64,000 nucleotides of DNA from NCBI GenBank assembly GCA_964604155.1, contig CAZRXY010000014.1, positions 989 to 64,988 of the forward strand, given 5' to 3'. Positions 43,292 to 53,618 of the stretch are shown in pieces. Below the pieces are notes generated by a model, which was not told where the DNA came from, did not search any database, and saw nothing but the letters and a program-made list of their open reading frames with translations. Position numbers and translations under genes: made by a program. Positions within the stretch are counted from its first letter, which is position 1. Every line of letters begins with the position of its first letter. Source of the stretch: an uncultured Candidatus Cloacimonadota bacterium (GTDB lineage Bacteria > Cloacimonadota > Cloacimonadia > Cloacimonadales > TCS61).

Positions 43292-45253
43292 TTACTTGAG
43301 CAAAACCATCTTGCCACTGGATGTTAGACGACCGGATTTCAGCATATAGTAATAAATTCCACTGCTCACAACCCGGTTTGCGGTATCGGTACCATCCCAG
43401 AGAAATCTCTGCTCACCCGCTGAATAATTGCCCGCAGCCAGCTCTTTTATCATCTGTCCCTTAAGGTTATAAATCCCTAAAGATATTAACGCTGGTTTAT
43501 TGAGTTCAAATACTATCTCCGTCTCCGGATTGAAAGGATTTGGATAATTCCCTATCACTCTGATATCACTTGCTGCTATTTCACCGTGGTCGTTATCCGT
43601 GAGAACTACTGTGATCACCACTTCATCCGGCTCCGAAAAGAATGTGCCATCTGATACTACCAGAGAGAAAATATACTCGGTCTCTTCTGTCACCAGCGGA
43701 GCAATGAATTCCGGATTAGCAATATTTATATTTGATAGCTCAATACCGGCAGGTGCTGTCCAGATATAGCTCAGCAGATCACCATTGATATCGTATGATC
43801 CCGAACCATCTAGAACCACAGTAGCTCCACTCAGCACATCGAGATCATCTCCCGCATCCGCAACCGGTGGCGTGGGTACTGCAATATTTACCGTTATCAT
43901 TTCACTCATCTCTGATTCGCCTGTCACAAATAGAGCTGTTATCCAGAATATATAAGTACCCAAATCTAAATTATTGATCATCAAACCCGTTTCATCAGGT
44001 CCGGTAGTAGCTTCCAGTAAACCGTTACTATAAACATTAAACCCCTGCAAACTGCGATTAAGGTCATCATGATCCCAGGAAAGCAGGACATCATCCCCAT
44101 TCATCACTACTGCCATAACGTCATAAGGAGCAGAGAGACTTTCATAAGGATAAAGGCTAAAAACTCCACCCTGATCATTATTGAAACTGGAACCAGAGGG
44201 ATTGATATTTGACAGGTAAAAATAGCCATTGCCCCAGCCTGACCAGCCAAAATTAAAATGAAAATAACTCTCTCCCTGGTAGCCATCAAGATTGAAAGCA
44301 TGACCATAGCTAGCGCCCACACCACTATAGATCAAGGGACGTCCTGCATCAAGGTCATCTCTGATATAGGTCTCATAAGCATTAATAGAATAACTTGATT
44401 TTGCCCGGAAGGTCGCACTCGGATGATAATCAAAATTGGCGATCATAGCATTTCTGGCACTGTGATTTCCATATCCCACCTGAGCTCCTGAACCACCTGA
44501 ACCGTAATTCATCTCAACTGCCACTCCACATGCCCATTGCAGCTCCTTGGTCTCATAAGTGGCATAAGTGTTTTGCATATTGCTGTAATCAAATTCTGTA
44601 TTAGAAAAATCACAGGATATCGTGCCATATTGACTATGATTATATGTATGTGACCCCGTTCCTACTGCCGGGTGTCCCCAATAATACATCACCTGAGCCA
44701 TAGAAACCGCCACGCACCCCGAATACACAAAAGGATTGTTCTGCCCGGGACCATAGGGACAATGCTGATTCCAGGGCGAATCCTGATTCCAGTTGCAGCT
44801 CAATAATGGCGTTACATCTCGCAGCTCTCGCTCAGACCGAAATTCTTCCGCAGACTGCATCAACCTCCGCCAGTCTCGCTCTGCCCGCTCTCCTGCCGCC
44901 AGATCTCGCTCCCGGATTTCACGCATTTGCCATTGCCATTCATAAAACCAGTCATTCATCTGTACCGGAGCCATATCTGCGTCATAACATTTTTCAAAAC
45001 TGTATGCCAAAACAGGTATTGCCCTGTCATCGGCAGAAACTATCACAAACCCGCCTTCACTAATATTAAAGATATAAAAATCTGCCTCGTCTTCCCCAAT
45101 CTCATACATATCAGTCCACTCTACTCTATCTAAGCCAGACCGCTCATTGATAATATTCCCAGCCACTAATAACGCCTCTTCCAGCGCAACCTGTGCGGAA
45201 AATAAAAGCCCTGCCCAAATTGTCATCGCCAAAATTGCTACTAATTTCTTCAT
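43292..45253 (-). CDS. Secreted C10 (streptopain-like) cysteine peptidase with FN3/PKD-like and FlgD-Ig domains
   Basis: Propeptide GFVIVSADD; WNQ, SGCVAV (Cys), GHAF (His), HFNFGWSG; NYPNPFNP tail. Confidence 0.9.
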   Translation of the reverse strand: MKKLVAILAMTIWAGLLFSAQVALEEALLVAGNIINERSGLDRVEWTDMYEIGEDEADFYIFNISEGGFVIVSADDRAIPVLAYSFEKCYDADMAPVQMNDWFYEWQWQMREIRERDLAAGERAERDWRRLMQSAEEFRSERELRDVTPLLSCNWNQDSPWNQHCPYGPGQNNPFVYSGCVAVSMAQVMYYWGHPAVGTGSHTYNHSQYGTISCDFSNTEFDYSNMQNTYATYETKELQWACGVAVEMNYGSGGSGAQVGYGNHSARNAMIANFDYHPSATFRAKSSYSINAYETYIRDDLDAGRPLIYSGVGASYGHAFNLDGYQGESYFHFNFGWSGWGNGYFYLSNINPSGSSFNNDQGGVFSLYPYESLSAPYDVMAVVMNGDDVLLSWDHDDLNRSLQGFNVYSNGLLEATTGPDETGLMINNLDLGTYIFWITALFVTGESEMSEMITVNIAVPTPPVADAGDDLDVLSGATVVLDGSGSYDINGDLLSYIWTAPAGIELSNINIANPEFIAPLVTEETEYIFSLVVSDGTFFSEPDEVVITVVLTDNDHGEIAASDIRVIGNYPNPFNPETEIVFELNKPALISLGIYNLKGQMIKELAAGNYSAGEQRFLWDGTDTANRVVSSGIYYYMLKSGRLTSSGKMVLLK

Positions 45254-45535
45254 CTATTACTCCATTTACCTTTTGCAGGAAAACTTCTGAACACCCTGCC
45301 TGCTGTCAATCATAAAATTCCTCCGGCAAAATTACCTGAAGATAAAATGATGAAATTTATTATAAATAATGGCGTTAATTCTTTTGATTGGAATAGATTT
45401 TGCATAGCCTATTTTTCGGACAGCCTGATTATCATCAAAGAGTAGCCGGATATATAGCATCAGAGAAAATAGAGGTGGATTAAAAGAATAGATTTATAAA
45501 AAATATTGTTACCTAATCTAATATTGGAGGCATGG

Positions 45536-48500
45536 ATGAGAAAGTATGTATTTAGCATTTTGTTAATAATTTTGGTTTGGGGCTTGGATGGCTCCTGGCA
45601 TTCTGTCAACCAGATTGGCAGTGTGCAATTTAATTGTAACCAAATGGAGCGGGGGGACACTGAAATAATATTCAGTCTTGATGGATTTGAACTGGAATCT
45701 AAGCACTATAGCGGCAGGGAGTATCACAGAATAAGCCATCCTGAGGGCACTCATTTTCTGGAGGCGGGAATGCCTGATCTCCCCTATTTCACTACAACCA
45801 TTGCAATCCCTGTTGAGGGAGTAGTCTCTCTTGAATATGAAGTTTTGGCAAGTGAACTGTTATCCGATATTACAATATATCCGCTTGAAGAGTTGGCATT
45901 GGAGCATGAGGAAAGACAGGACAGATTTTTTATAAATAGCGAGTATTACGAATATGGCAATCGTTTTCCCGAAGATAGTGTGATATTAAAGGGTCCTGCC
46001 GTGATGCGTGATTTGAGGGTGGTAACCCTGAGTTTTTGCCCCTTTATTTATAACGCCGCAAGTGGTGAACTCGAGATTGCCGGCGAGATACGGGCAAGAG
46101 TGCAGGTAGAGGGAACTGGTGGTGAAAACACTACCCGGAATCGGGGTACAATTTCCCGTGCCTATGAGCCCATATACCGAAGTATGGTCATAAATTATGC
46201 TGATTTTATTGGTCGCCCGCAGTATCAGCAGCCCACTATTATTTTTGTGATCAAAGATATGGCAGATGCACTTGAGGCTCTGGAATATCTCACAGACTGG
46301 AAGCGGTCTAAAGGTTTTAATGTGGTAGTGGCAACTACTGCCGAAACGGGCACTACTAATCAATCTATCAAAAACTATCTGCAAAATGCTTATGATAACT
46401 GGGAAAACCCGCCGGATTATGTGTGCTTTTGCGGCGATGCCAATGGCTCATATTCCATACCAACCTGGGGATATGGAGATCATGCCTATGCTCAGCTCGA
46501 TGGCAATGACCTTTTGGAAGATGTGATTATTGGAAGATTGTCTTTCCAAAGCGTAAATACATTTCAATTGCTCATCTCCAAGATACTTAATTATGAAAAA
46601 GAACCCTTTATGGATGATACAAACTGGTATGAGCAGGCACTACTTGCAGGCGATACAAGTATTTCGGGTCCTTCAATGAGGTTCACCTGTCAATCAATAA
46701 AAGACTTGATGATGGATTTCCCCGGCAGTTTTGCTAGTGATGATAATTTTACTGAGATATACTCAGGAAGTTTCCCTTCGCTGATAAATTCTGCCATAAA
46801 TAGCGGGGTGAGCTATATGGTTTACCGTGGCTGGCTGGGAATGAGCGGCTGGAGCCCCGGTGGTCAAACCAATGGCTTTAAGCTGCCCTTTGCCACACTA
46901 CTAACCTGCGGCACCGGCAGTTGGACCAGTGGTACATCAGATAGTGAACAATTTGTGCAGATGGGCACTATTTCAAATCCCACCGGAGCTATCGGTTGCG
47001 TGGGAATGGCAACTGCCGGCACGCATTCCTGCTTTAATAACGCCCTCACAATGGGTATCTATGGTGGAATTTTTCTCGATAATCTTTATACTATGGGAGC
47101 TGCTACCACTCGCGGTAAGTATTACCTCTATGAGACCTTTCCGCAAGACCCGGGAGGATATGTGGAATCTTATCATAGCTGGGCAAATCTGATGGGCGAC
47201 CCCAGTCTGGAATTATGGACGCGTACCCCTGAAGAGATAAACGTGATATCCACCAGCAATATCCCCACCGGCAGTGGCTTTCTGCCGGTAGCTGTGCGTA
47301 ATTCCGCTAATGCACCCATAGAAGGAGCATGGGTTACTCTTTCTAACGATTCAGGAAGTTTCTTCTCTACGGATTTCACGCCGATACATGGAGAAGTATT
47401 GATAGACCTTTCCGGCAGCGACGCAGGCGAATATAATCTGGTGGTTACTTCACATGGCTTTATCCCATATCTGGGTAATCTTGTTATCGGAGATTCCGAT
47501 CAATATGTGGATATCCAAAGCGTGCTCTATGACGATTCGTCAAGCGGTAATGGCGATGGTATTTTAAATCCCGGCGAAACTGTAACAATAATTCCGGCAC
47601 TTACAAATTTCGGTTCGCAGCTGGTAACTGATATAAGCGTGATTCCCTCCCTCTCACACAGCTATATGAATTTCACGCCAACGGTTCTGCAATTTGGCGA
47701 TATCGCTGCAGGAGAAACTGCTGAACCTGCCGCAGGAATTGAGCTCACTATTTTACCTTCAGCCCTCGGGGGTATGCAGGGACTACTGCAATTGCAGGTC
47801 AGCGATGGCGAGGGAAACACCTGGGAAAACTGGCATTATCTCAATATTGAGGGCGTAAATTTATATGCAGTCGATTATGAAGTAATTGGAAATGAAATCC
47901 TGGAACCGGGAATTTCCTCTGAAATTTATATTACTTTAGAGAATATAGGGTCTTTAGCTGCCACAGATATCACGGCAGAACTGCATTGCCTTAATCCACG
48001 TCTTATAATTACTGACAGTCTGGGAACCTTTAGCACAATCCCTCCCGGAGGTAGTGCAAATAATAGCAGCAATACCTTTGAACTCACTCCTTCTGTTACA
48101 GTAATTCCAGGCTCACAATTGCAGGTTGAAGCTCATCTGAGCAATCCTTCCGGCTATTTTCAGATTGCTACTTTCACCATTTTGGTAGGTGTTGTAGAGG
48201 TTACAGACCCACTAGGTCCCGATGAATACGGCTACTGGTGCTATGATGACGGAGACCTGGGTTATGATAATTGCCCCACGTATGAATGGATAGAAATTGA
48301 TCCCGCTCACGCTGGAAATGGCACTATCATACCGCTTAACGATGGGGGAGATACCGGAGATAGCGAAATTATCTCACTGCCCGATGAATTTACTTTCACC
48401 TTTTATGGCACCCAGTACACCGAGATCACAGTCTGTTCAAATGGCTGGATTTCTCCCGGCGCCTATGAAGGAGCAAATTTTATGAATCATCCACTGCCGG

Positions 48501-50296
48501 GACCTGAAGGTCCCAGCCCTATGATTGCTGTGTTCTGGGATGACCTTAATGTGAATTCCGGTAATGTCTGCTATTACTATAATGATATAGATCACTTCTT
48601 TGTCGTCTCCTGGTCCGATTGCAATAACGGCGATACCGGCTCCAATGAAACCTTTCAGGTTATTCTCTATGACCCTAATTATCATACGACTATGACTGAA
48701 GACTCGCTTATCAAAATGCAGTATAAAGATATAAATAATAATAATTCTGGCAATTATCCCTCTAATCACGGGCAGTTCTGCACTATCGGCTTGGAAAGCG
48801 AAGCAGCTCAATATGGGATAAATTATACCTTTAATAATACCTATCCTGCTTCCTGCAAAACACTTGAAAATGAAATGGCTCTTCTATTTTCACCACCTCA
48901 GTATCCGGAATTTGGTCCCTACCTGGAAATGGTTTCATATGATTATCTTGCCGGCGATGACGAATTTATCGAAGCTGGAGAATCAGTTAGTCTCTCAATT
49001 CTAATTGGAAATCAGGGTGCCGAAGAGGCAACTGATATCGATATCGAAATATCGATCAATGACCCCTGGTTCACCGTTACTAACGGTGAAGCCTTTATAA
49101 ATGAAATTGAGGCTCTGGGTACTTATGAGCTTATAAATGCCTTCAGCTTTGAAGTAAGCGAGGAAGTGCCGGATAATTATCCTTTTGTGGTAATTATCCA
49201 CATGACTGCTGAAGATGATTTCTGGTCTTCAAGTATCAGCCTCACCGCCCACTGGACTAATGCCTTCCTCGTCGATCAGGACAGCATAGCAGTAGTGCTG
49301 GGGATCAATCATGAAACTGAGCGTATTCTGCACCTCACAAACACCAGCGCCCAATCTGTTAATTACTATCTGCGATTGGATGATGGAGAGGATAATAGCA
49401 GAGATATCAGCGGCTCATTCGTAAGCTGCAATACTGATATGTTTTACCCAGGTACAGAAATGACCTGGCAATTTACCGTTTTTAATAACTCGATTGAAAA
49501 TGAGTGGGTAAATAATGTCTGGCTCACCTTCCCTCCTGGAATTTCTGTCACTGGCGCTACCCATGCTACTGGTGGTTCTGGCGGGTTAATGTTCTGGGAT
49601 GGCACTACAGGAGATAACGTTACGGTTAATTGGAATGGTGAAACTGCTAATGGCTGGGGAGTGCTGCATAATAGCGAATCTGCCATGTGGAATGTGAATG
49701 TGTCTATTGGTGAGAATTTTGCCAGCGATATCCAGATAGACTGGGAAATCGGCGGCGATGGCTATGGCAACGAACCTCATAATGTCTCAGGTGAATTAGA
49801 ATTTAGTTATCCTATTCAATGGATCAGCCTTAATACTTCCTTTGGCACCCTTGCCAGTGGCGATAGTGATGAGATCATCATTTACTACGATACAAATGAT
49901 CTGGAAATTGGTGATTATCACTGCACAATTAAAATCCTCTCAGATAGCTGGTTCGAAAAACTCGTGCAAACACACCTCACTGTAGTCACTGTGGAGCAGA
50001 ATCCAGATGAAATATCCGGCGTCACTCAGCTTTTAGGAAATTTCCCCAACCCCTTTAATCCCAGTACCCGGATAAAATTTGTTCTGGCAGAACAATCTCA
50101 TACAAAGCTGATTATCTATAATATCAAAGGTCAAATAGTTAGAACTCTGCTAAATGATACATTATCCGCCGACGATTATTCCGTCACCTGGAATGGCAGA
50201 AATGATAACGGTATTTCCGTGAGCAGTGGCATTTACTACCTGCAGCTAAATACCCCTTCGCAAAACATGACCCGAAAAATCCTGCTGCTTAAATAA
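45536..50296 (+). CDS. Secreted C25 (gingipain-like) protein with Ig domains and a FlgD-Ig tail
   Basis: G-x-PDLP propeptide, WKRSKG, IGRLS, LTCGTG, NLMGDPS, GPDEYGYWCYD, NFPNPFNP; start moved to ATG 45536. Confidence 0.88.
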   Translation: MRKYVFSILLIILVWGLDGSWHSVNQIGSVQFNCNQMERGDTEIIFSLDGFELESKHYSGREYHRISHPEGTHFLEAGMPDLPYFTTTIAIPVEGVVSLEYEVLASELLSDITIYPLEELALEHEERQDRFFINSEYYEYGNRFPEDSVILKGPAVMRDLRVVTLSFCPFIYNAASGELEIAGEIRARVQVEGTGGENTTRNRGTISRAYEPIYRSMVINYADFIGRPQYQQPTIIFVIKDMADALEALEYLTDWKRSKGFNVVVATTAETGTTNQSIKNYLQNAYDNWENPPDYVCFCGDANGSYSIPTWGYGDHAYAQLDGNDLLEDVIIGRLSFQSVNTFQLLISKILNYEKEPFMDDTNWYEQALLAGDTSISGPSMRFTCQSIKDLMMDFPGSFASDDNFTEIYSGSFPSLINSAINSGVSYMVYRGWLGMSGWSPGGQTNGFKLPFATLLTCGTGSWTSGTSDSEQFVQMGTISNPTGAIGCVGMATAGTHSCFNNALTMGIYGGIFLDNLYTMGAATTRGKYYLYETFPQDPGGYVESYHSWANLMGDPSLELWTRTPEEINVISTSNIPTGSGFLPVAVRNSANAPIEGAWVTLSNDSGSFFSTDFTPIHGEVLIDLSGSDAGEYNLVVTSHGFIPYLGNLVIGDSDQYVDIQSVLYDDSSSGNGDGILNPGETVTIIPALTNFGSQLVTDISVIPSLSHSYMNFTPTVLQFGDIAAGETAEPAAGIELTILPSALGGMQGLLQLQVSDGEGNTWENWHYLNIEGVNLYAVDYEVIGNEILEPGISSEIYITLENIGSLAATDITAELHCLNPRLIITDSLGTFSTIPPGGSANNSSNTFELTPSVTVIPGSQLQVEAHLSNPSGYFQIATFTILVGVVEVTDPLGPDEYGYWCYDDGDLGYDNCPTYEWIEIDPAHAGNGTIIPLNDGGDTGDSEIISLPDEFTFTFYGTQYTEITVCSNGWISPGAYEGANFMNHPLPGPEGPSPMIAVFWDDLNVNSGNVCYYYNDIDHFFVVSWSDCNNGDTGSNETFQVILYDPNYHTTMTEDSLIKMQYKDINNNNSGNYPSNHGQFCTIGLESEAAQYGINYTFNNTYPASCKTLENEMALLFSPPQYPEFGPYLEMVSYDYLAGDDEFIEAGESVSLSILIGNQGAEEATDIDIEISINDPWFTVTNGEAFINEIEALGTYELINAFSFEVSEEVPDNYPFVVIIHMTAEDDFWSSSISLTAHWTNAFLVDQDSIAVVLGINHETERILHLTNTSAQSVNYYLRLDDGEDNSRDISGSFVSCNTDMFYPGTEMTWQFTVFNNSIENEWVNNVWLTFPPGISVTGATHATGGSGGLMFWDGTTGDNVTVNWNGETANGWGVLHNSESAMWNVNVSIGENFASDIQIDWEIGGDGYGNEPHNVSGELEFSYPIQWISLNTSFGTLASGDSDEIIIYYDTNDLEIGDYHCTIKILSDSWFEKLVQTHLTVVTVEQNPDEISGVTQLLGNFPNPFNPSTRIKFVLAEQSHTKLIIYNIKGQIVRTLLNDTLSADDYSVTWNGRNDNGISVSSGIYYLQLNTPSQNMTRKILLLK

Positions 50297-50320
50297 TCTG
50301 CCTTTTTTCTATAATAATTC

Positions 50321-50356
50321 AGGAAAGGTTTCCCCAAAAAACCTTTCCTTTTTTTT
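50321..50356 (+). terminator. Rho-independent terminator
   Basis: AGGAAAGGTT...AACCTTTCCT followed by a T tract. Confidence 0.8.
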
Positions 50357-50696
50357 ATGCTACACAGTATTCAGTGAAAAATACCTGCACCAAACTTAAA
50401 AAAAATCAACAATATCTAATAATTGTGATGATATTCTGGCATGATTTTTTTCAGGCATCCCCCTGTTTTCTAATTAACCGGACTAATAGATTATTCGTAA
50501 TAATAGATTTACACAGGCTACCCGGGAGGAATATTTAATAATCCCCTGAAAAATGTATCATCCCGCGAAAACTCCTTATTCGGCAGGCATTAGCCGGTAA
50601 GAAGCTCATATACCGGCTGACATCAAAAAGTCACCTATCTCTCTATTTATGAATGATCCCCAGAGCTAAAAGCCCCCGGGTTACTCATTTTCTTAT

Positions 50697-50940
50697 CTGG
50701 CATCCCCCCTGTTTTTTGAATTTATCGTTGTTCTAATTAACTGGGAAAAAATGAATTACGTTGTATTATCCTTGGTCGACCATCCCGGAGAGCTAACGCA
50801 CATCCGAGAGGTCTCAATTGGGAAGTATTCAACCATCTAAGTTACCTCGCGGATGTGCGTTAGCTCTCCGCGATGGTGACGACTAATTGTTTACTTGATC
50901 ATTACTTCCACTTTTCAAACTAATTTCGGGGGTATGCCAG
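50697..50940. mobile_element. MITE-like element with CTGGCAT(C/A)CCCC inverted ends and an internal long palindrome
   Basis: Ends CTGGCATCCCCC and GGGGGTATGCCAG; 34-bp arms at 50779-50812 and 50844-50877 (32/34 complementary); the right ~75 bp recur inverted at 52637-52711. Confidence 0.65.
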
Positions 50941-50950
50941 CATTTTATTA

Positions 50951-51032
50951 TCACTTCTCCCTTCTCACTTCTCACTTCTCACTTCTCACTTCTCCCTTCT
51001 CACTTCTCACTTCTCACTTCTCACTTCTCACT
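50951..51032. repeat. Heptamer tandem repeat, eleven TC(A/C)CTTC units plus a partial unit
   Basis: Directly visible; explains the spurious SLLTSHF ORF. Confidence 0.95.
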
Positions 51033-51174
51033 GAGATAGACCTCATCCCCTACTGGATGATTTATGAGCCATCCACCACAAATTTCAAAGGATATGCCAG
51101 TGATTTTTTTTTAATATTGACAATTTTTTACCTTAGCCCAGCATTGAACGCATAAAAAGTTAGGAGGAATTGGA

Positions 51175-52329
51175 ATGAAAAAGATTATTTTATTATGTAT
51201 CCTTATCGCTCTATCGATTGCGGTGTTTGCACAGAGTCCAAGGTTGATTAGTATGGGAAGTGTCTATGGTTATATCGATGATGACTATGACATATTTACT
51301 TACCCCGCAACAATTAATTCTTACGCAAAAAATGTATATGGATATCTGGGATCATCATGTTCTGATGAATATTCATATAATTTCGGTTTTAATTGCTTGT
51401 TATCGAAATTTGTCCTTGGCGTATATTTCAATAAACCATTGCCCAGTATGGCACTTAATAACTATGTCGAGCAAAGTTATGCAATGCTCGATAAAAGATT
51501 CCAGATGTTTCTGGGTCTAAATGAAAATATCGCTGCTACTTTTTCTCTGGCAATGGATAGTTATACCGCACCTTCAAGAGCTAATGAAGATACAGAGAAT
51601 GCCATGGCATTAGGCTTTGGAATTGGCTACTCTACAGATAAATTTGATCTTGGTGCAAACATTCTACTGCCTTCATATTCCACTGAAGACTATTTTATAG
51701 ATAATAATTCTATCGAACAGAAAGAATCTAAATCGCTTATCGATATAGCCGGCAGAATGCTTTTAACAGAATACAACAGCAGAGAAATCATCGGAAAAGT
51801 TAATCTGCATACTGGCTCATCCACCTTCGATGACGGTGTGAATAACACAAATGATATTGAAAGTAGTTATATGGCTTTCGATCTCGGATTTGCCGGCTTG
51901 CTCAATATCGATGATGACAATTTGCTGGTTATTGGCATCACTCCCTTTGGTTTGCATAACGCAAAAACCGAATCTGGTACTCAGGATTATACGGAAACCT
52001 CCACTACTAATACTATTATGCTGCCCGCCTTTAATATTGGTTTAGAATCAAAAATTTGTAAATGGCTCGTTGTCCGTAGCGGAATTATTCAAAATTACTT
52101 GATGGTCACCGAAACAGATGAATACGTAGATGATAATGGCAAAATGGAAGAGACCATAAAATACAAGGACAGCCACTTTGATTTCAAAATGGGTATGGGT
52201 ATGTTCTTTAAAAATTTCACTCTCGATTTTGTCTTTAACGAACGATTCCTCCATAATGGACCAAACTTCATTACAGGTGCCGTTACTGAAAATGTTATCG
52301 GCAAATTGATGCTCAAATATAGCTTCTAA
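51175..52329 (+). CDS. Probable outer-membrane beta-barrel protein
   Basis: AGGAGG RBS, signal peptide, amphipathic strands, GPNFITG motif, C-terminal YSF. Confidence 0.7.
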   Translation: MKKIILLCILIALSIAVFAQSPRLISMGSVYGYIDDDYDIFTYPATINSYAKNVYGYLGSSCSDEYSYNFGFNCLLSKFVLGVYFNKPLPSMALNNYVEQSYAMLDKRFQMFLGLNENIAATFSLAMDSYTAPSRANEDTENAMALGFGIGYSTDKFDLGANILLPSYSTEDYFIDNNSIEQKESKSLIDIAGRMLLTEYNSREIIGKVNLHTGSSTFDDGVNNTNDIESSYMAFDLGFAGLLNIDDDNLLVIGITPFGLHNAKTESGTQDYTETSTTNTIMLPAFNIGLESKICKWLVVRSGIIQNYLMVTETDEYVDDNGKMEETIKYKDSHFDFKMGMGMFFKNFTLDFVFNERFLHNGPNFITGAVTENVIGKLMLKYSF

Positions 52330-52384
52330 TTAATAATTATCGCTTTGCGCCAGTCAGACCGGAAGGCGCAAGGCGTTGCTATCC

Positions 52385-52418
52385 GTCCTCAATTGCTCCG
52401 CGATTGAGGACTTTTTTT
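52385..52418 (+). terminator. Rho-independent terminator
   Basis: GTCCTCAAT...ATTGAGGAC followed by a T tract. Confidence 0.85.
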
Positions 52419-52504
52419 ATCCGCTTAACCAGCAAATGATATTTCTTGAAAATCAAAAATTATATATATATAAAAAATGTCAATCCAGTCACTTGTAAAA
52501 AAAA

Positions 52505-52581
52505 TGGTCGGGATGAGAGGATTTGAACCTCCGACCTCGCGGTCCCGAACCGAGCGCGCTACCGAACTGCGCTACATCCCG
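52505..52581 (-). tRNA. tRNA-Pro (anticodon CGG)
   Basis: 77-nt cloverleaf CGGGATG...CATCCCG-A-CCA, T loop TTCAAAT, anticodon loop TT-CGG-GA, one U-C mismatch in the anticodon stem. Confidence 0.95.
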
Positions 52582-52636
52582 ACGTACTGGAATGAAATTT
52601 TGCCTGCCCTGTTTTCTGTCAAGCAATATCAATGCC

Positions 52637-53545
52637 CTGGCATACCCCCAAAATTAGTTCGAAAAGTGGAAATAATGATCAAGCAAACAATTTATCGTCA
52701 ACATCCCGGAGTCCTATAGACCATCATGGATGTAACTTAGCTGATTTGTTAGCTTCCAGATAAAACCTCCCAAATGTTCGAAGATCTCCGGGATGGTTGA
52801 CCCACAATAATACAACTATATTCATTTTTTCCCAGCTATCAGCCAATGCAGACGTGTTTCATCTTTATCAATCAATAAGCATTATTGAATATGCTCACTT
52901 CACATCACTCTTCACCCATCACACATCACTATTCTCAATTATATCCCCTCTGCGCCCCCTGTCTGCCTTGTCGAACATTGTTCGTAGTATGGTGGTTCAT
53001 AATCTTCTCTTTTTTTTACAACCACTGAAGGCATGGAATAGCGCTGAAAATGTAAGAAAATTAAAATACTTGTAGATCATCATTCTTATTCCTCTTTTCT
53101 TACTTCTGTGTAATTCTGTGATTTCTGTGGTTCATAATCTTCTCTTTTTTACAACCGCTGAAAGCTCTGAATGACACTGAAAATGTAAGACAAGAAATAA
53201 TGCCACTCATTTTATTACTCATTCCTTTTTTTCTGTGCTTCTCTCCGTTCGTGTCGTTCGTGCTGTTCGCCTGCCATGTCGAACCTTGTTCGTAGTTGGT
53301 AGTTCATAATCTTCTCTTTTTTTTAATTAACTTGGTTGATAGCTAATCGGTAATAATGTAAAAAACGCATGCTAAACCGGGTGAAGAGGCGAAGGAGAGG
53401 GAGGACGGATACTGAGTATAAAACTCCCCGAGCTAAAGGCACGGGGCTACTCATTCAAAATTAAACATCCAAAATTCAAAATTATCCCATCATCCTTGCA
53501 GGGTGTTTTGAAACAGAGATAAGAAAAATTCCGGGGGCATACCAG
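52637..53545. repeat. Composite repeat island bounded by CTGGCATACCCCC and GGGGGCATACCAG
   Basis: Contains a degenerate palindrome (about 52695-52802), three GTTCATAATCTTCTCTTTTTT copies (52995, 53130, 53302) and an IS200/IS605-end-like hairpin (53424-53456). Confidence 0.6.
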
Positions 53546-53618
53546 TGATATTGAGAACTGAGTTGACAAAAAAAGGGAAGATATTTATTTTCCCAGGCAT
53601 CCTGACAGGAGGTGTTTC

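Noticed and set aside
50895..51155. 86-aa ORF with SLLTSHF repeats
   Set aside because: It is a translation of the heptamer repeat and the element end.
52340..52376. SRP (4.5S) RNA suggested by GTCAGACCGGAAGG
   Set aside because: The conserved CAGG...GGAA...AGCAG internal-loop pattern is incomplete and the long stem is absent; it reads as a simple 3' hairpin.
52477..52719. 80-aa ORF
   Set aside because: Antisense to tRNA-Pro.
52960..53325. CRISPR array
   Set aside because: Only three cores, uneven 135 and 172 bp spacing, shared sequence in the would-be spacers, and no cas genes in the window.
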